From an uncultured bacterium (lineage in GTDB: Bacteria > Omnitrophota > Omnitrophia > Omnitrophales > Aquincolibacteriaceae), in contig CAYJSI010000005.1 in assembly GCA_964373045.1 (NCBI GenBank), positions 371 to 64,370 of the forward strand: a stretch of 64,000 nt of DNA. The letters are read 5' to 3'. The position numbers and the translations under genes were made by a program. Numbering within the stretch: the stretch's first letter is position 1; each line of letters starts with the position of its first letter. Positions 8,591-18,107 of the stretch are shown here, in pieces. The notes beneath the pieces were generated by a model. The model was not told the DNA's origin, made no database searches, and was given only the letters and a program-made list of their open reading frames with translations.

Positions 8591-9448
8591 ATGATGCAGG
8601 AGCTCGTTGAAAAGGCCAGTGTCCTGATCGAGGCGCTGCCCTACATTAAAAAATTCAGGGGTAAAGAGGTCCTCATTAAATACGGCGGGGCCGCGCTCAC
8701 TTACGAAGACATCCGGCAGAATGTCCTGCAGGACCTTGTCTTCATGAATTACGTGGGGATGAAACCGATCTTAATCCACGGGGGCGGGATCACCATTACG
8801 GAGAATTTGAAGAAGCGGGGTATCCAGAGCCGGTTTGTGAACGGCCTTCGCGTGACCGACAAAGAAACCGTGAATGTCGTGATCGACACCCTGGCCGATC
8901 TCAATAAAAGTATTGTCCACGACATCAACCGCTTTGGCGCACGCTCCGTCGGGCTCTCGGGCCACGATGCCGAGATTTTAAATGTGACGAAATACGACGC
9001 GGATGGCGATGTGGGCTATGTGGGAGAAGTGAAATCGGTCAACATCATGCCCATTAAGGAGCTCACTGAGTTTAATATTATCCCCGTGATCTATCCCGTC
9101 GGCATTGATGAGCATGGCGAGTCCTACAATGTGAACGCCGATGAAGCGGCGGCCAAGATTGCGGTGGCGATGAACGTTCAAAAAATTATGGTGCTGACCA
9201 ATGTCAAAGGCATCCTGCGGGATCCGAAAGATGAAAATTCTCTGATGTCGTCGCTGCACGTGAGCGAGGTCCAGGAGCTCATTGACAAAAAGGTGATCAC
9301 GGGCGGCATGATTCCGAAGGTGAAGGCTTGTATCACGGCACTCGAAGGGGACGTCAAAAAGGCGCATATCATCGATGGGCGCATGAAACATTCCCTCCTC
9401 CTTGAAATCTTCACGGATCAGGGGATCGGAACCGAGATCTGCATTTAA
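8591..9448 (+). CDS. argB: acetylglutamate kinase
   Basis: LIEALPYIKKFRGKEVLIKYGGAA and ILIHGGG motifs of the amino-acid kinase family. Start chosen at MMQELVEKA rather than the upstream ATG that overlaps argJ. Confidence 0.9.
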   Translation: MMQELVEKASVLIEALPYIKKFRGKEVLIKYGGAALTYEDIRQNVLQDLVFMNYVGMKPILIHGGGITITENLKKRGIQSRFVNGLRVTDKETVNVVIDTLADLNKSIVHDINRFGARSVGLSGHDAEILNVTKYDADGDVGYVGEVKSVNIMPIKELTEFNIIPVIYPVGIDEHGESYNVNADEAAAKIAVAMNVQKIMVLTNVKGILRDPKDENSLMSSLHVSEVQELIDKKVITGGMIPKVKACITALEGDVKKAHIIDGRMKHSLLLEIFTDQGIGTEICI

Positions 9449-9449
9449 T

Positions 9450-10646
9450 ATGAAAACTGAAGACGTCAAGAAACTTTATTCCGAATTTGTGCTGCCGACC
9501 TACACCCAGGTTTCTGTCTGCCTGGTCAAAGGCAAGGGCTCGCGGGTGTGGGACCTTGCCGGCAAAGAATACCTCGATTTTTTCCCGGGCTGGGCCGTTT
9601 CCGGCTTAGGCCATTGCCACCCGGAAGTGGTGCACGCCATCAAGGATCAGGCGCGAAAGATGCTTCATATCTCGAATAACTTTTTGAATCTTAAGCAGGT
9701 GCAATTAGCCGAGGTCATCTCCCAGGCCTCGTTTCCGGCGCGGGTCTTTTTTTCCAATAGCGGGGCCGAGGCCACCGAGGCGGCGCTCAAATTTGCCCGC
9801 AAATATGGCCACGATTCAGGCCGCTATGAAGTCATCACCATGAAACAGTCCTTTCACGGCCGAACGCTTGCCGCGATGACGGCGACCGGGCAGGAGAAGA
9901 TTCAGAAGGGATTTGATCCTCTTCTAGTTGGTTTTCGCTATGCAGATTTTAATGATCTTGAATCCGTGAATAAGCAGGTGAGCGAGAAAACGATCGCGAT
10001 TTTCCTCGAACCCATCCAAGGAGAAGGCGGGGTGAATGTCGCCACCCAGGAATTCATCCAGGGCTTGCGAAAACTCTGCGATGAAAAAGATCTCCTTCTT
10101 ATTTTTGATGAGGTGCAGACAGGGATGGGCCGGACGGGAAAGATGTTTGCCTTTCAGCATTACGGCATCGAGCCTGATCTGATGACGCTCGCCAAGTCCT
10201 TGGGGGGCGGAGTTCCCATCGGAGCGTTTGTGGTGAACCGAAAGATCCAAAAAGAAGTTTTTACCCCGGGGACTCACGCCACCACTTACGGAGGCAATCC
10301 CCTTGTGTGCGCCGCGGCGCTTGCGGTCTTTCGGGCCATTCGCAAGGAAAGGCTGCTTCAGAATGCGGTTACGATGGGAAATTATTTGGGCGAAAAGCTG
10401 GAAGCCCTCAAGGGTCGATTTCCCGTCATCCAAAAAGTGAAAGGGATGGCTCTGATGCGGGCCCTTGAGCTCTCCATACCCGGAGGAGCGGTTGCGGACA
10501 AGGCTCGCGAGAAGGGTCTTTTGATTAATTGCACGCAGGAGAAAATCCTGCGTATCATGCCGGCTCTGACGGTGACTAAAAAGATGATCGATCGGGGCCT
10601 GCAAATTTTAGAAGAAAGTTTAAGCGAGGTCCAAGCCTCTTCATGA
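9450..10646 (+). CDS. argD: acetylornithine aminotransferase (class III PLP aminotransferase)
   Basis: The DEVQTGMGRTG motif is the lysine-containing PLP-binding signature of this class. Located within the arg cluster. Confidence 0.85.
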   Translation: MKTEDVKKLYSEFVLPTYTQVSVCLVKGKGSRVWDLAGKEYLDFFPGWAVSGLGHCHPEVVHAIKDQARKMLHISNNFLNLKQVQLAEVISQASFPARVFFSNSGAEATEAALKFARKYGHDSGRYEVITMKQSFHGRTLAAMTATGQEKIQKGFDPLLVGFRYADFNDLESVNKQVSEKTIAIFLEPIQGEGGVNVATQEFIQGLRKLCDEKDLLLIFDEVQTGMGRTGKMFAFQHYGIEPDLMTLAKSLGGGVPIGAFVVNRKIQKEVFTPGTHATTYGGNPLVCAAALAVFRAIRKERLLQNAVTMGNYLGEKLEALKGRFPVIQKVKGMALMRALELSIPGGAVADKAREKGLLINCTQEKILRIMPALTVTKKMIDRGLQILEESLSEVQASS

Positions 10647-11557
10647 AAAAACATTTGATCTCGATAACGGACTTAAGCGCGGCAGAAATCCGAAAGATCT
10701 TTGATCAGACTCACGCCCTTAAGCGTGAGCCCGAGAAATTTCAAAACGTATTAAAGGGAAAAATGTTCGGACTTATTTTTGAGAAGCCCTCCACCCGCAC
10801 CTGGATTTCCTTTGAAACGGGCATTTTTTCTCTCGGAGGCGGGACGATTTTTCTTGGGCCGGAGGATATGAAGCTCGGGGTCCGCGAGGAGGTGCGGGAT
10901 GTGGCGCGTGTACTCAGCCGCTATCTCGCCGGGGTTGTCTTGAGGACCTTTTCTCACGAGACCCTCACGGAGTTTGGGAAATATTTTTCAAAACCCATCA
11001 TTAACGGCTTAAGTGATTTTGAGCACCCCTGCCAGGCCCTGGCGGATTATTTTACGCTGGAAGAAAAATTTAAAGATGTCAAAAAACCTCTTCTTGTCTA
11101 TGTAGGGGACGGCAATAATGTGCTTAACTCCTTGCTTCTTTTGGCTGCTACCTTGGGGGGGCGCCTGCGTTATGCCACGCCCGAAAAGTTTGAGCCGGAC
11201 CCCAAGGTCCTTAAAACGGCTTTAAATCTTGCCGTGAAGACCGGGGCGCAGATTGAAGGGGGGAATGATCCGGCAAAGGCCGTTCAAGGGGCGGATGCGG
11301 TTTATGCGGACGTCTGGGTGAGCATGGGCGAAGAAAAAATGCGGGCTCAAAAACTAAAGGCCTTCAAAGGAATGCAGGTCAACGCCTCTTTAATGAAGAA
11401 GGCGAATCCGGGGGCGCTTGTGATGCACTGCCTGCCTGCGCACCGAGGCGAAGAAATTACAGATGAAGTGATGGAAAGCAAAAATTCCGTTATCTTTGAT
11501 CAGGCTGAAAATCGATTGCACGTTCAAAAGGCCGTTTTATTGCAGTTGTGTTCATAA
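10643..11557 (+). CDS. argF: ornithine carbamoyltransferase
   Basis: STRTW carbamoyl-phosphate motif and HCLPAHRGEE (OTCase-type HCLP rather than ATCase HPLP). Confidence 0.9.
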   Translation: MKKHLISITDLSAAEIRKIFDQTHALKREPEKFQNVLKGKMFGLIFEKPSTRTWISFETGIFSLGGGTIFLGPEDMKLGVREEVRDVARVLSRYLAGVVLRTFSHETLTEFGKYFSKPIINGLSDFEHPCQALADYFTLEEKFKDVKKPLLVYVGDGNNVLNSLLLLAATLGGRLRYATPEKFEPDPKVLKTALNLAVKTGAQIEGGNDPAKAVQGADAVYADVWVSMGEEKMRAQKLKAFKGMQVNASLMKKANPGALVMHCLPAHRGEEITDEVMESKNSVIFDQAENRLHVQKAVLLQLCS

Positions 11558-11583
11558 CTTAACGTCATTGCGTAAAAGCTATA

Positions 11584-11620
11584 GGTGCCAGGCACGGTGC
11601 CAGGCACCGTGCCTGGCACC
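11584..11620. repeat. tandem 12-mer (GGTGCCAGGCAC x2) followed by its inverted copy: 25-bp near-perfect palindrome between argF and argG
   Basis: 11584-11595 and 11596-11607 are identical 12-mers. 11609-11620 is their reverse complement. No downstream T-tract. Confidence 0.7.
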
Positions 11621-11646
11621 ATTAGAAGGAAGGGGGATTTGAAACG

Positions 11647-12828
11647 ATGAAAAAAGTTGTGCTTGCCTTTTCGGGCGGTCTCGATACCTCCTGTGCTGTG
11701 AAGTGGCTTCAGGAGCAGTATGGATTTGAAGTCATCTGTTTTTCAGCTTTTATCGGGGAAGTAACGGACAAGGCCAAACTCCGCAAAAAAGCGGAAGCAG
11801 CCGGCGCCTCGAAAATATTTATCGAGGATTTGAAAGAAGAATTTGCTAATGACTTTATCCTCCCCGCGCTTTTTGCCCACGCCCGTTACGAAATGGGATA
11901 TCCCTTGGCCACGGCCCTGGGGCGGCCTTTGATCGCCAAGCACCTGGTGCGAATTGCCGAGAAGGAAAGGGCCCACTATGTGGCTCACGGCTGCACGGGG
12001 AAGGGTAATGATCAGGTTCGAATCGAGGTCGGTGTCAGGACGCTCAATCCCAAGCTTCAGATCATTGCACCCTTAAGAGAGTGGGAATTTAAGACGCGGG
12101 AAGCAGAAATCAAATACGCCAAGGCCCATAAAATTCCCGTAGAGGCCACGAAGGCCAGTCCCTATTCCATTGATAAGAATATTTGGGGGATCGCAATCGA
12201 AGCGGGTATTCTAGAAGACCCCTGGCAGGAGCCGCCGGAAGAGGCCTATGTGATGACGCGGGGCCTTGACCAAGCGCCTAAAAAAGCGCGTTACCTTGAA
12301 ATTGATTTTGAAAATGGCATTCCCGTGAAATTAAACGGGACCCCCCGATCCTTTGTCGAGATGATCGAGTCTCTCAATGACATCGCGGGCGAATACGGCG
12401 TCGGCCGCTACGATCAAATCGAAAATCGCCTGGTCGGGATCAAGAGCCGGGAGGTCTACGAGGCCCCGGCCGCCCATGTACTCTTGAAGGCCCACGAAGA
12501 GCTCGAGGGAATGGTGATGGACCGCGAGTTCCTTCACTATAAAAAAGTGCTCTCAGAAAAATATGCCGAGCTGGTTTACTTCGGGCTTTGGTTTTCGCCT
12601 TTAAAGGACGCCCTCGATCAATTTTTTAAGTCGAATCAAAATCGCGTCACGGGAAAGATTCGAATCAAGCTGGATCGTGGACACGCAACCTGTGTAGGCC
12701 GGCGCTCACCTTACTCGCTTTATTCCGAGAAACTAGCCACCTATTCCAAAGGCGATGTCTTTGACCGGAAAATGGCGGAAGGATTCCTGAAACTCTGGGG
12801 CCTTCCCTACGAGGGGATGAAAAAGTGA
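11647..12828 (+). CDS. argG: argininosuccinate synthase
   Basis: AFSGGLDTS PP-loop motif and full ArgG-like length. Confidence 0.95.
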   Translation: MKKVVLAFSGGLDTSCAVKWLQEQYGFEVICFSAFIGEVTDKAKLRKKAEAAGASKIFIEDLKEEFANDFILPALFAHARYEMGYPLATALGRPLIAKHLVRIAEKERAHYVAHGCTGKGNDQVRIEVGVRTLNPKLQIIAPLREWEFKTREAEIKYAKAHKIPVEATKASPYSIDKNIWGIAIEAGILEDPWQEPPEEAYVMTRGLDQAPKKARYLEIDFENGIPVKLNGTPRSFVEMIESLNDIAGEYGVGRYDQIENRLVGIKSREVYEAPAAHVLLKAHEELEGMVMDREFLHYKKVLSEKYAELVYFGLWFSPLKDALDQFFKSNQNRVTGKIRIKLDRGHATCVGRRSPYSLYSEKLATYSKGDVFDRKMAEGFLKLWGLPYEGMKK

Positions 12829-12874
12829 TGCGTTGCAACCTCTTGCAACCTATTGTAACTTTGAGGATTTTTTT

Positions 12875-14269
12875 ATGAAGAAACTATGGGGTGGACGATT
12901 TAAAAAGGAAATGCATCCGGTGCTCAAGTGTTTCAGCTACTCGCTATTTATCGATTTCGAGTTGCTTCAGGCAGAACTCCGCGTGAACGAAGCGTGGGTG
13001 CGGATGCTGGCCCGCGCAAAATTGATGACTTCCACCGAAGCGGCTCGGCTCTTGAGAGGGCTTCGGGCCATCGCGCGGGAGTTTCAAAAAAGGGATCCCC
13101 ACGCCCCGATCAAGGCGCAATTCCTCAATCGATACGAAGATGTTCACACCCTGATTCAGGGCGAGCTTGAAAAAAGGGTGGGTTCTGTTGCCAAGAAACT
13201 CCACACCGGCCGAAGCCGCAATGATCTTGTGGTTACGTCCACGCGGGTCTATTTGCGGGATAAAGTGATCAACATTCAAAATCGTATTCGGAAAATTGAG
13301 AAGGCGCTCCTCCGGCTGGCCAAGAAGGCGGAAGGTGCCATCGTGGCTGGGATGACCCATCTGAAATATGCCCAACCCGTGCTCTTTGCCCATCATCTGC
13401 TCGCCTACATTGAGATGCTTGAGGAGGATTACGGGCGCCTCGAAGATTCGCTTAAAAGAATTGATGTGCTCCCGCTCGGGGCCGCGGCGCTTGCGGGCTC
13501 AGGCCTGGCCATCGATCAGAAATTCCTTCAACGCTCACTTGGTTTTTCAAAGATCGCAGCCAACAGCCTTGCGGCCGTAAGCGACCGCGCCTTTCTCACC
13601 GAAGCGGTTTCGCATCTGGCCCTTCTTTGGGTGCATTTATCCCGCTTAAGTGAGGATTTTGTCCTTTGGAATTCAGAACCCTTTGGTTACATCGAGCTGG
13701 ACGATGCCTTTTCAACCGGCTCGAGCCTGATGCCTCAGAAAAAAAATCCGGATGTTTTTGAACTCACACGCGCCCGCTCGGCGGCTATTTTTGGCCACTT
13801 GCAGTCCCTTCTAACACTGCAAAAAGGACTTCCTTTGGCCTACAATCGGGATCTTCAGGAAGACAAACCCGCTTTGTTTGATGCGGTGAGAAAAACGGAG
13901 CTGGTTTTGGATGTCCTTTCCCTGACGATTGAAAGCGCGCGCCTTAACCCGGAGGCGATGGCGCGCTCCCTGGAAGACGACAATCTCTACGCCACAGACC
14001 TCCTCGATTACCTGATTCGCAAGGGTGTGGCTTCGAGCGAGGCGCATGCGGTGGTGGGAAAAGTGGTTCACTATGCGGCCGAGCAGGATCGGTCCCTGCG
14101 GGAGCTTTCGCTTGCCGAGTGGCGGCGTTTCTCGCATGAATTTGGCGCCGATGTCGAACGAGTTTTCGATGCCAGGCGCTCGGTTTCCTCCAAAACGACG
14201 ATCGGGAGCACGCACCCCGTGCGCGTGAAGAATGAAATCAGAAAGTGGGGGCGCGAACTTAGTGCATGA
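12875..14269 (+). CDS. argH: argininosuccinate lyase
   Basis: MKKLWGGRF N-terminus and the GSSLMPQKKNPD fumarate-lyase signature. Confidence 0.95.
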   Translation: MKKLWGGRFKKEMHPVLKCFSYSLFIDFELLQAELRVNEAWVRMLARAKLMTSTEAARLLRGLRAIAREFQKRDPHAPIKAQFLNRYEDVHTLIQGELEKRVGSVAKKLHTGRSRNDLVVTSTRVYLRDKVINIQNRIRKIEKALLRLAKKAEGAIVAGMTHLKYAQPVLFAHHLLAYIEMLEEDYGRLEDSLKRIDVLPLGAAALAGSGLAIDQKFLQRSLGFSKIAANSLAAVSDRAFLTEAVSHLALLWVHLSRLSEDFVLWNSEPFGYIELDDAFSTGSSLMPQKKNPDVFELTRARSAAIFGHLQSLLTLQKGLPLAYNRDLQEDKPALFDAVRKTELVLDVLSLTIESARLNPEAMARSLEDDNLYATDLLDYLIRKGVASSEAHAVVGKVVHYAAEQDRSLRELSLAEWRRFSHEFGADVERVFDARRSVSSKTTIGSTHPVRVKNEIRKWGRELSA

Positions 14270-15518
14270 TTTTTATTATGTGGGCAAGGACCTTTACTGC
14301 GAAAAGGTCCGCGTACGCGATATCGTAAAGAAAGTCGGGACGCCGGCCTATATTTACAGCCACAAGACCTTTGTCGAACACATCGAGAAGATTCAAAAGG
14401 CCTTCCGGAGCGTCAAGCCCCTTATCTGCTATTCCGTGAAGGCCAATTCCAATCTTGCGATTCTGAAGGTCCTTGTTTCCAAGGGGGCCGGCCTGGATAT
14501 TGTCTCGGGCGGCGAACTCTTCCGGGCGAAGCGGGTTGAATGCGATCCCCGTAAAATTGTGTATGCCGGCGTGGGAAAAACAGAGGAAGAAATCGTCGAG
14601 GCCATTCGCGCCAACATCCTTCTTTTTAATGTGGAATCAGTGCCCGAACTTGAAACCATCGATACGGTTGCAAGGCGTCTTAAGAAGAAGGTGAGTGTTT
14701 CGCTACGCGTGAACCCCGGCATTGACCCCAAGACCCATGATCACATTGCGACCGGGAAGGCGGAGAGCAAATTCGGGATGGATTTGGAGGCCGCAGAGAA
14801 AATTTTTCTGAGCCGCTCCCGCACCTCCGCCCTCGAGCTTTGCGGGATTCATGTTCATATCGGTTCTCAAATCATTACGGGTGAGCCTTTTGTCGAGGCC
14901 TTCCGCAAGGTGCTTAAGTTTATCGAGGGCCTCGAGAAAAAAGGAATCAAGATTCGATTTTTGAACTTAGGCGGCGGGCTGGGTGTGATTTACAGCAATG
15001 AAAATCCGCAGACGGCGGAGCAATTCGCCAAGAAAATCCTGCCCCTTTTTAAGGGAAAAAAATTCCGCATTATTTTTGAGCCCGGCCGCTTTGTCTCGGC
15101 CAACGGCGGTATTCTGGTGACTCAAATCCTTTATATCAAGCAGACCAAGCTCAAAAATTTTGCCATCGTGGATGCCGGGATGAGCGAACTCATTCGCCCT
15201 ACCCTTTACGGGGCGCATCACGAGGTCTGGCCGCTTGAAAAAAATGAGAAGGCCCCCAAATGGATTTATGATGTGGTAGGCCCCCTTTGCGAGAGCGGGG
15301 ACTTTCTGGCCAAAGACCGCCACATTCAGGAGCTTTACAAGGGAGATTACCTTGCCTTGATGACGGCCGGGGCCTACGGATTTGTGATGGCCTCCAATTA
15401 CAATTCCCGCCCCCGTCCCTGTGAAGTGCTTGTCAAAGGCAGTCAGTTTGCAGTGGTTCGCAAGCGCGAAACACTTCAGGCCCTTGCGGCCGGCGAAACC
15501 CTCCCGTCTTTCGTCTAA
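14232..15518 (+). CDS. lysA: diaminopimelate decarboxylase
   Basis: Fold-III PLP decarboxylase motifs: the YSVKAN PLP-lysine, GGG and ESGD motifs. Overlaps the argH 3' end. An alternative GTG start exists at 14262. Confidence 0.9.
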   Translation: MKSESGGANLVHDFYYVGKDLYCEKVRVRDIVKKVGTPAYIYSHKTFVEHIEKIQKAFRSVKPLICYSVKANSNLAILKVLVSKGAGLDIVSGGELFRAKRVECDPRKIVYAGVGKTEEEIVEAIRANILLFNVESVPELETIDTVARRLKKKVSVSLRVNPGIDPKTHDHIATGKAESKFGMDLEAAEKIFLSRSRTSALELCGIHVHIGSQIITGEPFVEAFRKVLKFIEGLEKKGIKIRFLNLGGGLGVIYSNENPQTAEQFAKKILPLFKGKKFRIIFEPGRFVSANGGILVTQILYIKQTKLKNFAIVDAGMSELIRPTLYGAHHEVWPLEKNEKAPKWIYDVVGPLCESGDFLAKDRHIQELYKGDYLALMTAGAYGFVMASNYNSRPRPCEVLVKGSQFAVVRKRETLQALAAGETLPSFV

Positions 15519-15553
15519 ATCCCAGCCCTGCTTCGGACGATAATCGTAGTCCA

Positions 15554-15916
15554 ATGGCGAAGCGTATTGTTGTGGTCGATGATGAGCCGGGTGTCGTCGA
15601 AGAACTGGAGGCGTGGCTCGAGGATGAGGGGTATGATGTTGAGACTTCGACCGACTCCGCCCAGGGTCTCAAGAAAATTAGGGAAACCAACCCACATTTG
15701 GTGATTCTTGATATCGTGATGCCCGAAATGGATGGTTTTGAAGTCTTAAGCGAAATCAAAAAAGACTCCCAGACCGCGGATATCCCCGTCATCATGCTGA
15801 CCGCCAAGCCCGAAACCCGTTCGATTATGAAGGCAAAAGACCTTCGCGCCTCGGATTACGTGATCAAGCCCTTCAAGCCGCAAGAGTTCCTCCGCACCAT
15901 CCAAAGGCACATTTAA
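15554..15916 (+). CDS. single-domain response regulator (CheY-like receiver)
   Basis: VVVDDE acidic pocket, phospho-acceptor Asp in LVILDIVMP, then T and K motifs (MLTAKP). No output domain and no adjacent histidine kinase. Confidence 0.85.
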   Translation: MAKRIVVVDDEPGVVEELEAWLEDEGYDVETSTDSAQGLKKIRETNPHLVILDIVMPEMDGFEVLSEIKKDSQTADIPVIMLTAKPETRSIMKAKDLRASDYVIKPFKPQEFLRTIQRHI

Positions 15917-15945
15917 TTCGACTTCACGGCTCTCTCGAGGTCTTC

Positions 15946-15974
15946 TTGAATCCTCTCCGTAATTTCTCTATAAT
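15946..15974 (+). promoter_or_regulatory. sigma70-like promoter TTGAAT-N17-TATAAT
   Basis: TTGAAT 15946-15951, 17-nt spacer, TATAAT 15969-15974. This lies 25 bp upstream of the TTG start at 15999. Confidence 0.4.
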
Positions 15975-15998
15975 CCATGCCATCGGTCGGGGGGTTGC

Positions 15999-16655
15999 TT
16001 GATCTGGATTCCGGTTTTAGGTCTTTCTTTTGCCGCCTTTCTATTGCAGCTTTTTTTCCTCCGAGAGTGCCGAAAATACCCCGGCGTTGCCAATCTTACG
16101 GGCTGTGAGATTGCGCGGCGGCTCTTGGACATGAAAGGTTTCTCTCAAGTGGCCGTGGAGGAGGTTTCAGGGCGGAACCGATTTAAGTCGCCCAAGGTCA
16201 ATCAACTTTGTTTGGATGCCGAGATTTATCGGGGAAAAAATTTAGCGGCCATTGCCCGGGCCGCGAGAGGGGCCTGCCTGATGATGAAAGTCAAAAGTTT
16301 AACCATTCCCCTTGATGCCCGAATGCTACTCTGGGCTCTGTTTCGATACCTCATCCTGGGAGGGTGGGCGGTTCTCGTCGTCAATCAATTTTACCTTCTC
16401 TTCATCGGCGGGACCCAGGCAGCTATCACGATTTTTACGGTTATTTTTGTTGTGGCGGTGGCAAGTCTTCCCTCGGAGTGGGAGGCAAGCGATCAGGCCT
16501 TCTCCTTACTCAAGGAATCGGACGCGCTTCGGGCCGATGAGCTTGCCCGTATTAAAAATATTCTCCGTGCAGAGAGGATTCACCAGCTGGCTTACATTTT
16601 TCGAGCCCCCTTTGACTTTCTTTACCCAATGCTCGCAACCCCGCGGAAAAAATAA
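15999..16655 (+). CDS. YugP-family (putative neutral zinc metallopeptidase, Zn_peptidase_2) membrane protein; HExxH apparently lost
   Basis: The N-terminal region aligns well to my recollection of YugP proteins (MTGAEVARRLL..., LAAIGVAAHE...). Where the HExxH motif should be, this protein has AARGAC. It has a TTG start and several TM helices. Confidence 0.5.
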   Translation: MIWIPVLGLSFAAFLLQLFFLRECRKYPGVANLTGCEIARRLLDMKGFSQVAVEEVSGRNRFKSPKVNQLCLDAEIYRGKNLAAIARAARGACLMMKVKSLTIPLDARMLLWALFRYLILGGWAVLVVNQFYLLFIGGTQAAITIFTVIFVVAVASLPSEWEASDQAFSLLKESDALRADELARIKNILRAERIHQLAYIFRAPFDFLYPMLATPRKK

Positions 16656-18107
16656 ATGCCTTACAGAAATTTAAGCGAGTTTTTGGATGCCCTTCGCCGT
16701 CATGGAGAGCTCCACGAGATTGAGACGGAGGTGGATCCCGCGCTTGAAATCACAGAGGTCTACGATCGGGTGGTGAAGCAAGGCGGCCCGGCCCTGTTTT
16801 TTAAGAAAGTCAAATCCTCCGCCATCCCCTTAGCGATTAACCTCTTTGGTTCCAGCAAAAGAATGGCCCTTGCCCTGGGCGTGAAAGAGATCGGAGAAAT
16901 CCCGCGGAGGATCGAAGAGTTTACGGAGATGAAACCACCTCAAGGTATTCTTGAAAAACTCCAACTGCTTCCCAAGCTCGGAGTTTTAAACGCCCTTGCG
17001 CCCAAAACGGTGGGGTCGGCTCCTTGTCAGGAAGTGGTGATCATGCCGGGCGAAGGCCCGATGCTGGATCGATTGCCCGTCATTCAATGCTGGCCCAAGG
17101 ACGGCGGGAAATTTATCACGTTTCCTCTGGTGATTTCGCGGGACCCCGAGACCGGCAGGAGGAACGTCGGGCTTTATCGTATGCACATCTATGATAATCA
17201 GACTACAGGGATGCACTGGCAGATCCATAAAGACGGGGCGGAACATTATCGCCGGCTTCCCCAAGGGACGCGCAAGCGCCTTGAAGTGGCAGCCGTCCTG
17301 GGCACGGATCCTGCCACCATGTTTTCAGCGGCCTGCCCGCTTCCGAGCGGCATGGATGAGCTCATGCTCGCGGGTTTTCTTCGCAAGGAATCCGTGCCTC
17401 TTGTGAAATGTAAAACGATAGGTCTCGAAGTTCCGGCGGAGGCCGAGATCGTGTTGGAAGGTTACGTGGAAGAAGGGGACATGCGAACCGAGGGTCCCTT
17501 TGGAGATCACACGGGTTTTTATTCGCGCGCCAAGGAATTTCCCGTATTTCATGTGACCTGTATGACGCAACGCAGGAATCCCGTTTATGTGACGACCGTG
17601 GTGGGCCGTCCTCCCATGGAAGACTGCTACATGGGGAAGGCCATTGAGCGTATCTTCCTGCCGCTGATTCGAAAACAGGTCCCCGAGATCGTGGACATGA
17701 ATCTCCCCTGGGAAGGCTGCTTTCATAATTTAATGGTGGTCTCGATCCGCAAAAGTTATCCCGAACAGGCCAAGAAGGTAATGAGCGCAATCTGGGGCCT
17801 CGGTCAGATGATGTTTTCCAAGTGCATTGTTGTTTTAGATCACGACGCCAATATTCAGGACGTGAAAGAAGTGGCCTGGCGCGCCTTCAATAACGTCGAC
17901 CCCAAACGGGATATCGTTTTTACCGAAGGCCCTGTGGATGAGCTGGATCATTCCGCCAGCCAGGATTTCTTTGGCTCCAAAATGGGGATCGATGCGACGC
18001 GTAAAAGTGAGGCGGAAGGCATGAAGCGGCCCTGGCCCGAGGATATGGTGATGACCCAAGCCATCCGAAACCTTGTGACCCGCCGCTGGAAGGAATATGG
18101 CTTCTAG
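16656..18107 (+). CDS. UbiD-family decarboxylase (MqnM-type, menaquinone/futalosine context)
   Basis: Full-length UbiD-family protein, 483 aa. Located in a menaquinone gene cluster. Confidence 0.85.
   Translation: MPYRNLSEFLDALRRHGELHEIETEVDPALEITEVYDRVVKQGGPALFFKKVKSSAIPLAINLFGSSKRMALALGVKEIGEIPRRIEEFTEMKPPQGILEKLQLLPKLGVLNALAPKTVGSAPCQEVVIMPGEGPMLDRLPVIQCWPKDGGKFITFPLVISRDPETGRRNVGLYRMHIYDNQTTGMHWQIHKDGAEHYRRLPQGTRKRLEVAAVLGTDPATMFSAACPLPSGMDELMLAGFLRKESVPLVKCKTIGLEVPAEAEIVLEGYVEEGDMRTEGPFGDHTGFYSRAKEFPVFHVTCMTQRRNPVYVTTVVGRPPMEDCYMGKAIERIFLPLIRKQVPEIVDMNLPWEGCFHNLMVVSIRKSYPEQAKKVMSAIWGLGQMMFSKCIVVLDHDANIQDVKEVAWRAFNNVDPKRDIVFTEGPVDELDHSASQDFFGSKMGIDATRKSEAEGMKRPWPEDMVMTQAIRNLVTRRWKEYGF

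Noticed and set aside
9924-10604. Long antisense ORFs opposite well-supported genes. Examples: 9924-10604 opposite argD, 2376-3011 opposite rpsI, 6716-7321 opposite argC, 8978-9469 opposite argB, 12944-13396 opposite argH, 14967-15554 opposite lysA, 19548-20105 opposite the mqnA-like gene, 27959-28510, 34670-35179, 53617-54078, 63207-63935.
   Set aside because: All lie fully inside genes with strong family signatures on the other strand. Their translations are low-complexity and Arg/Gly/Pro-rich, as expected for GC-rich antisense frames, and none has a recognisable domain.
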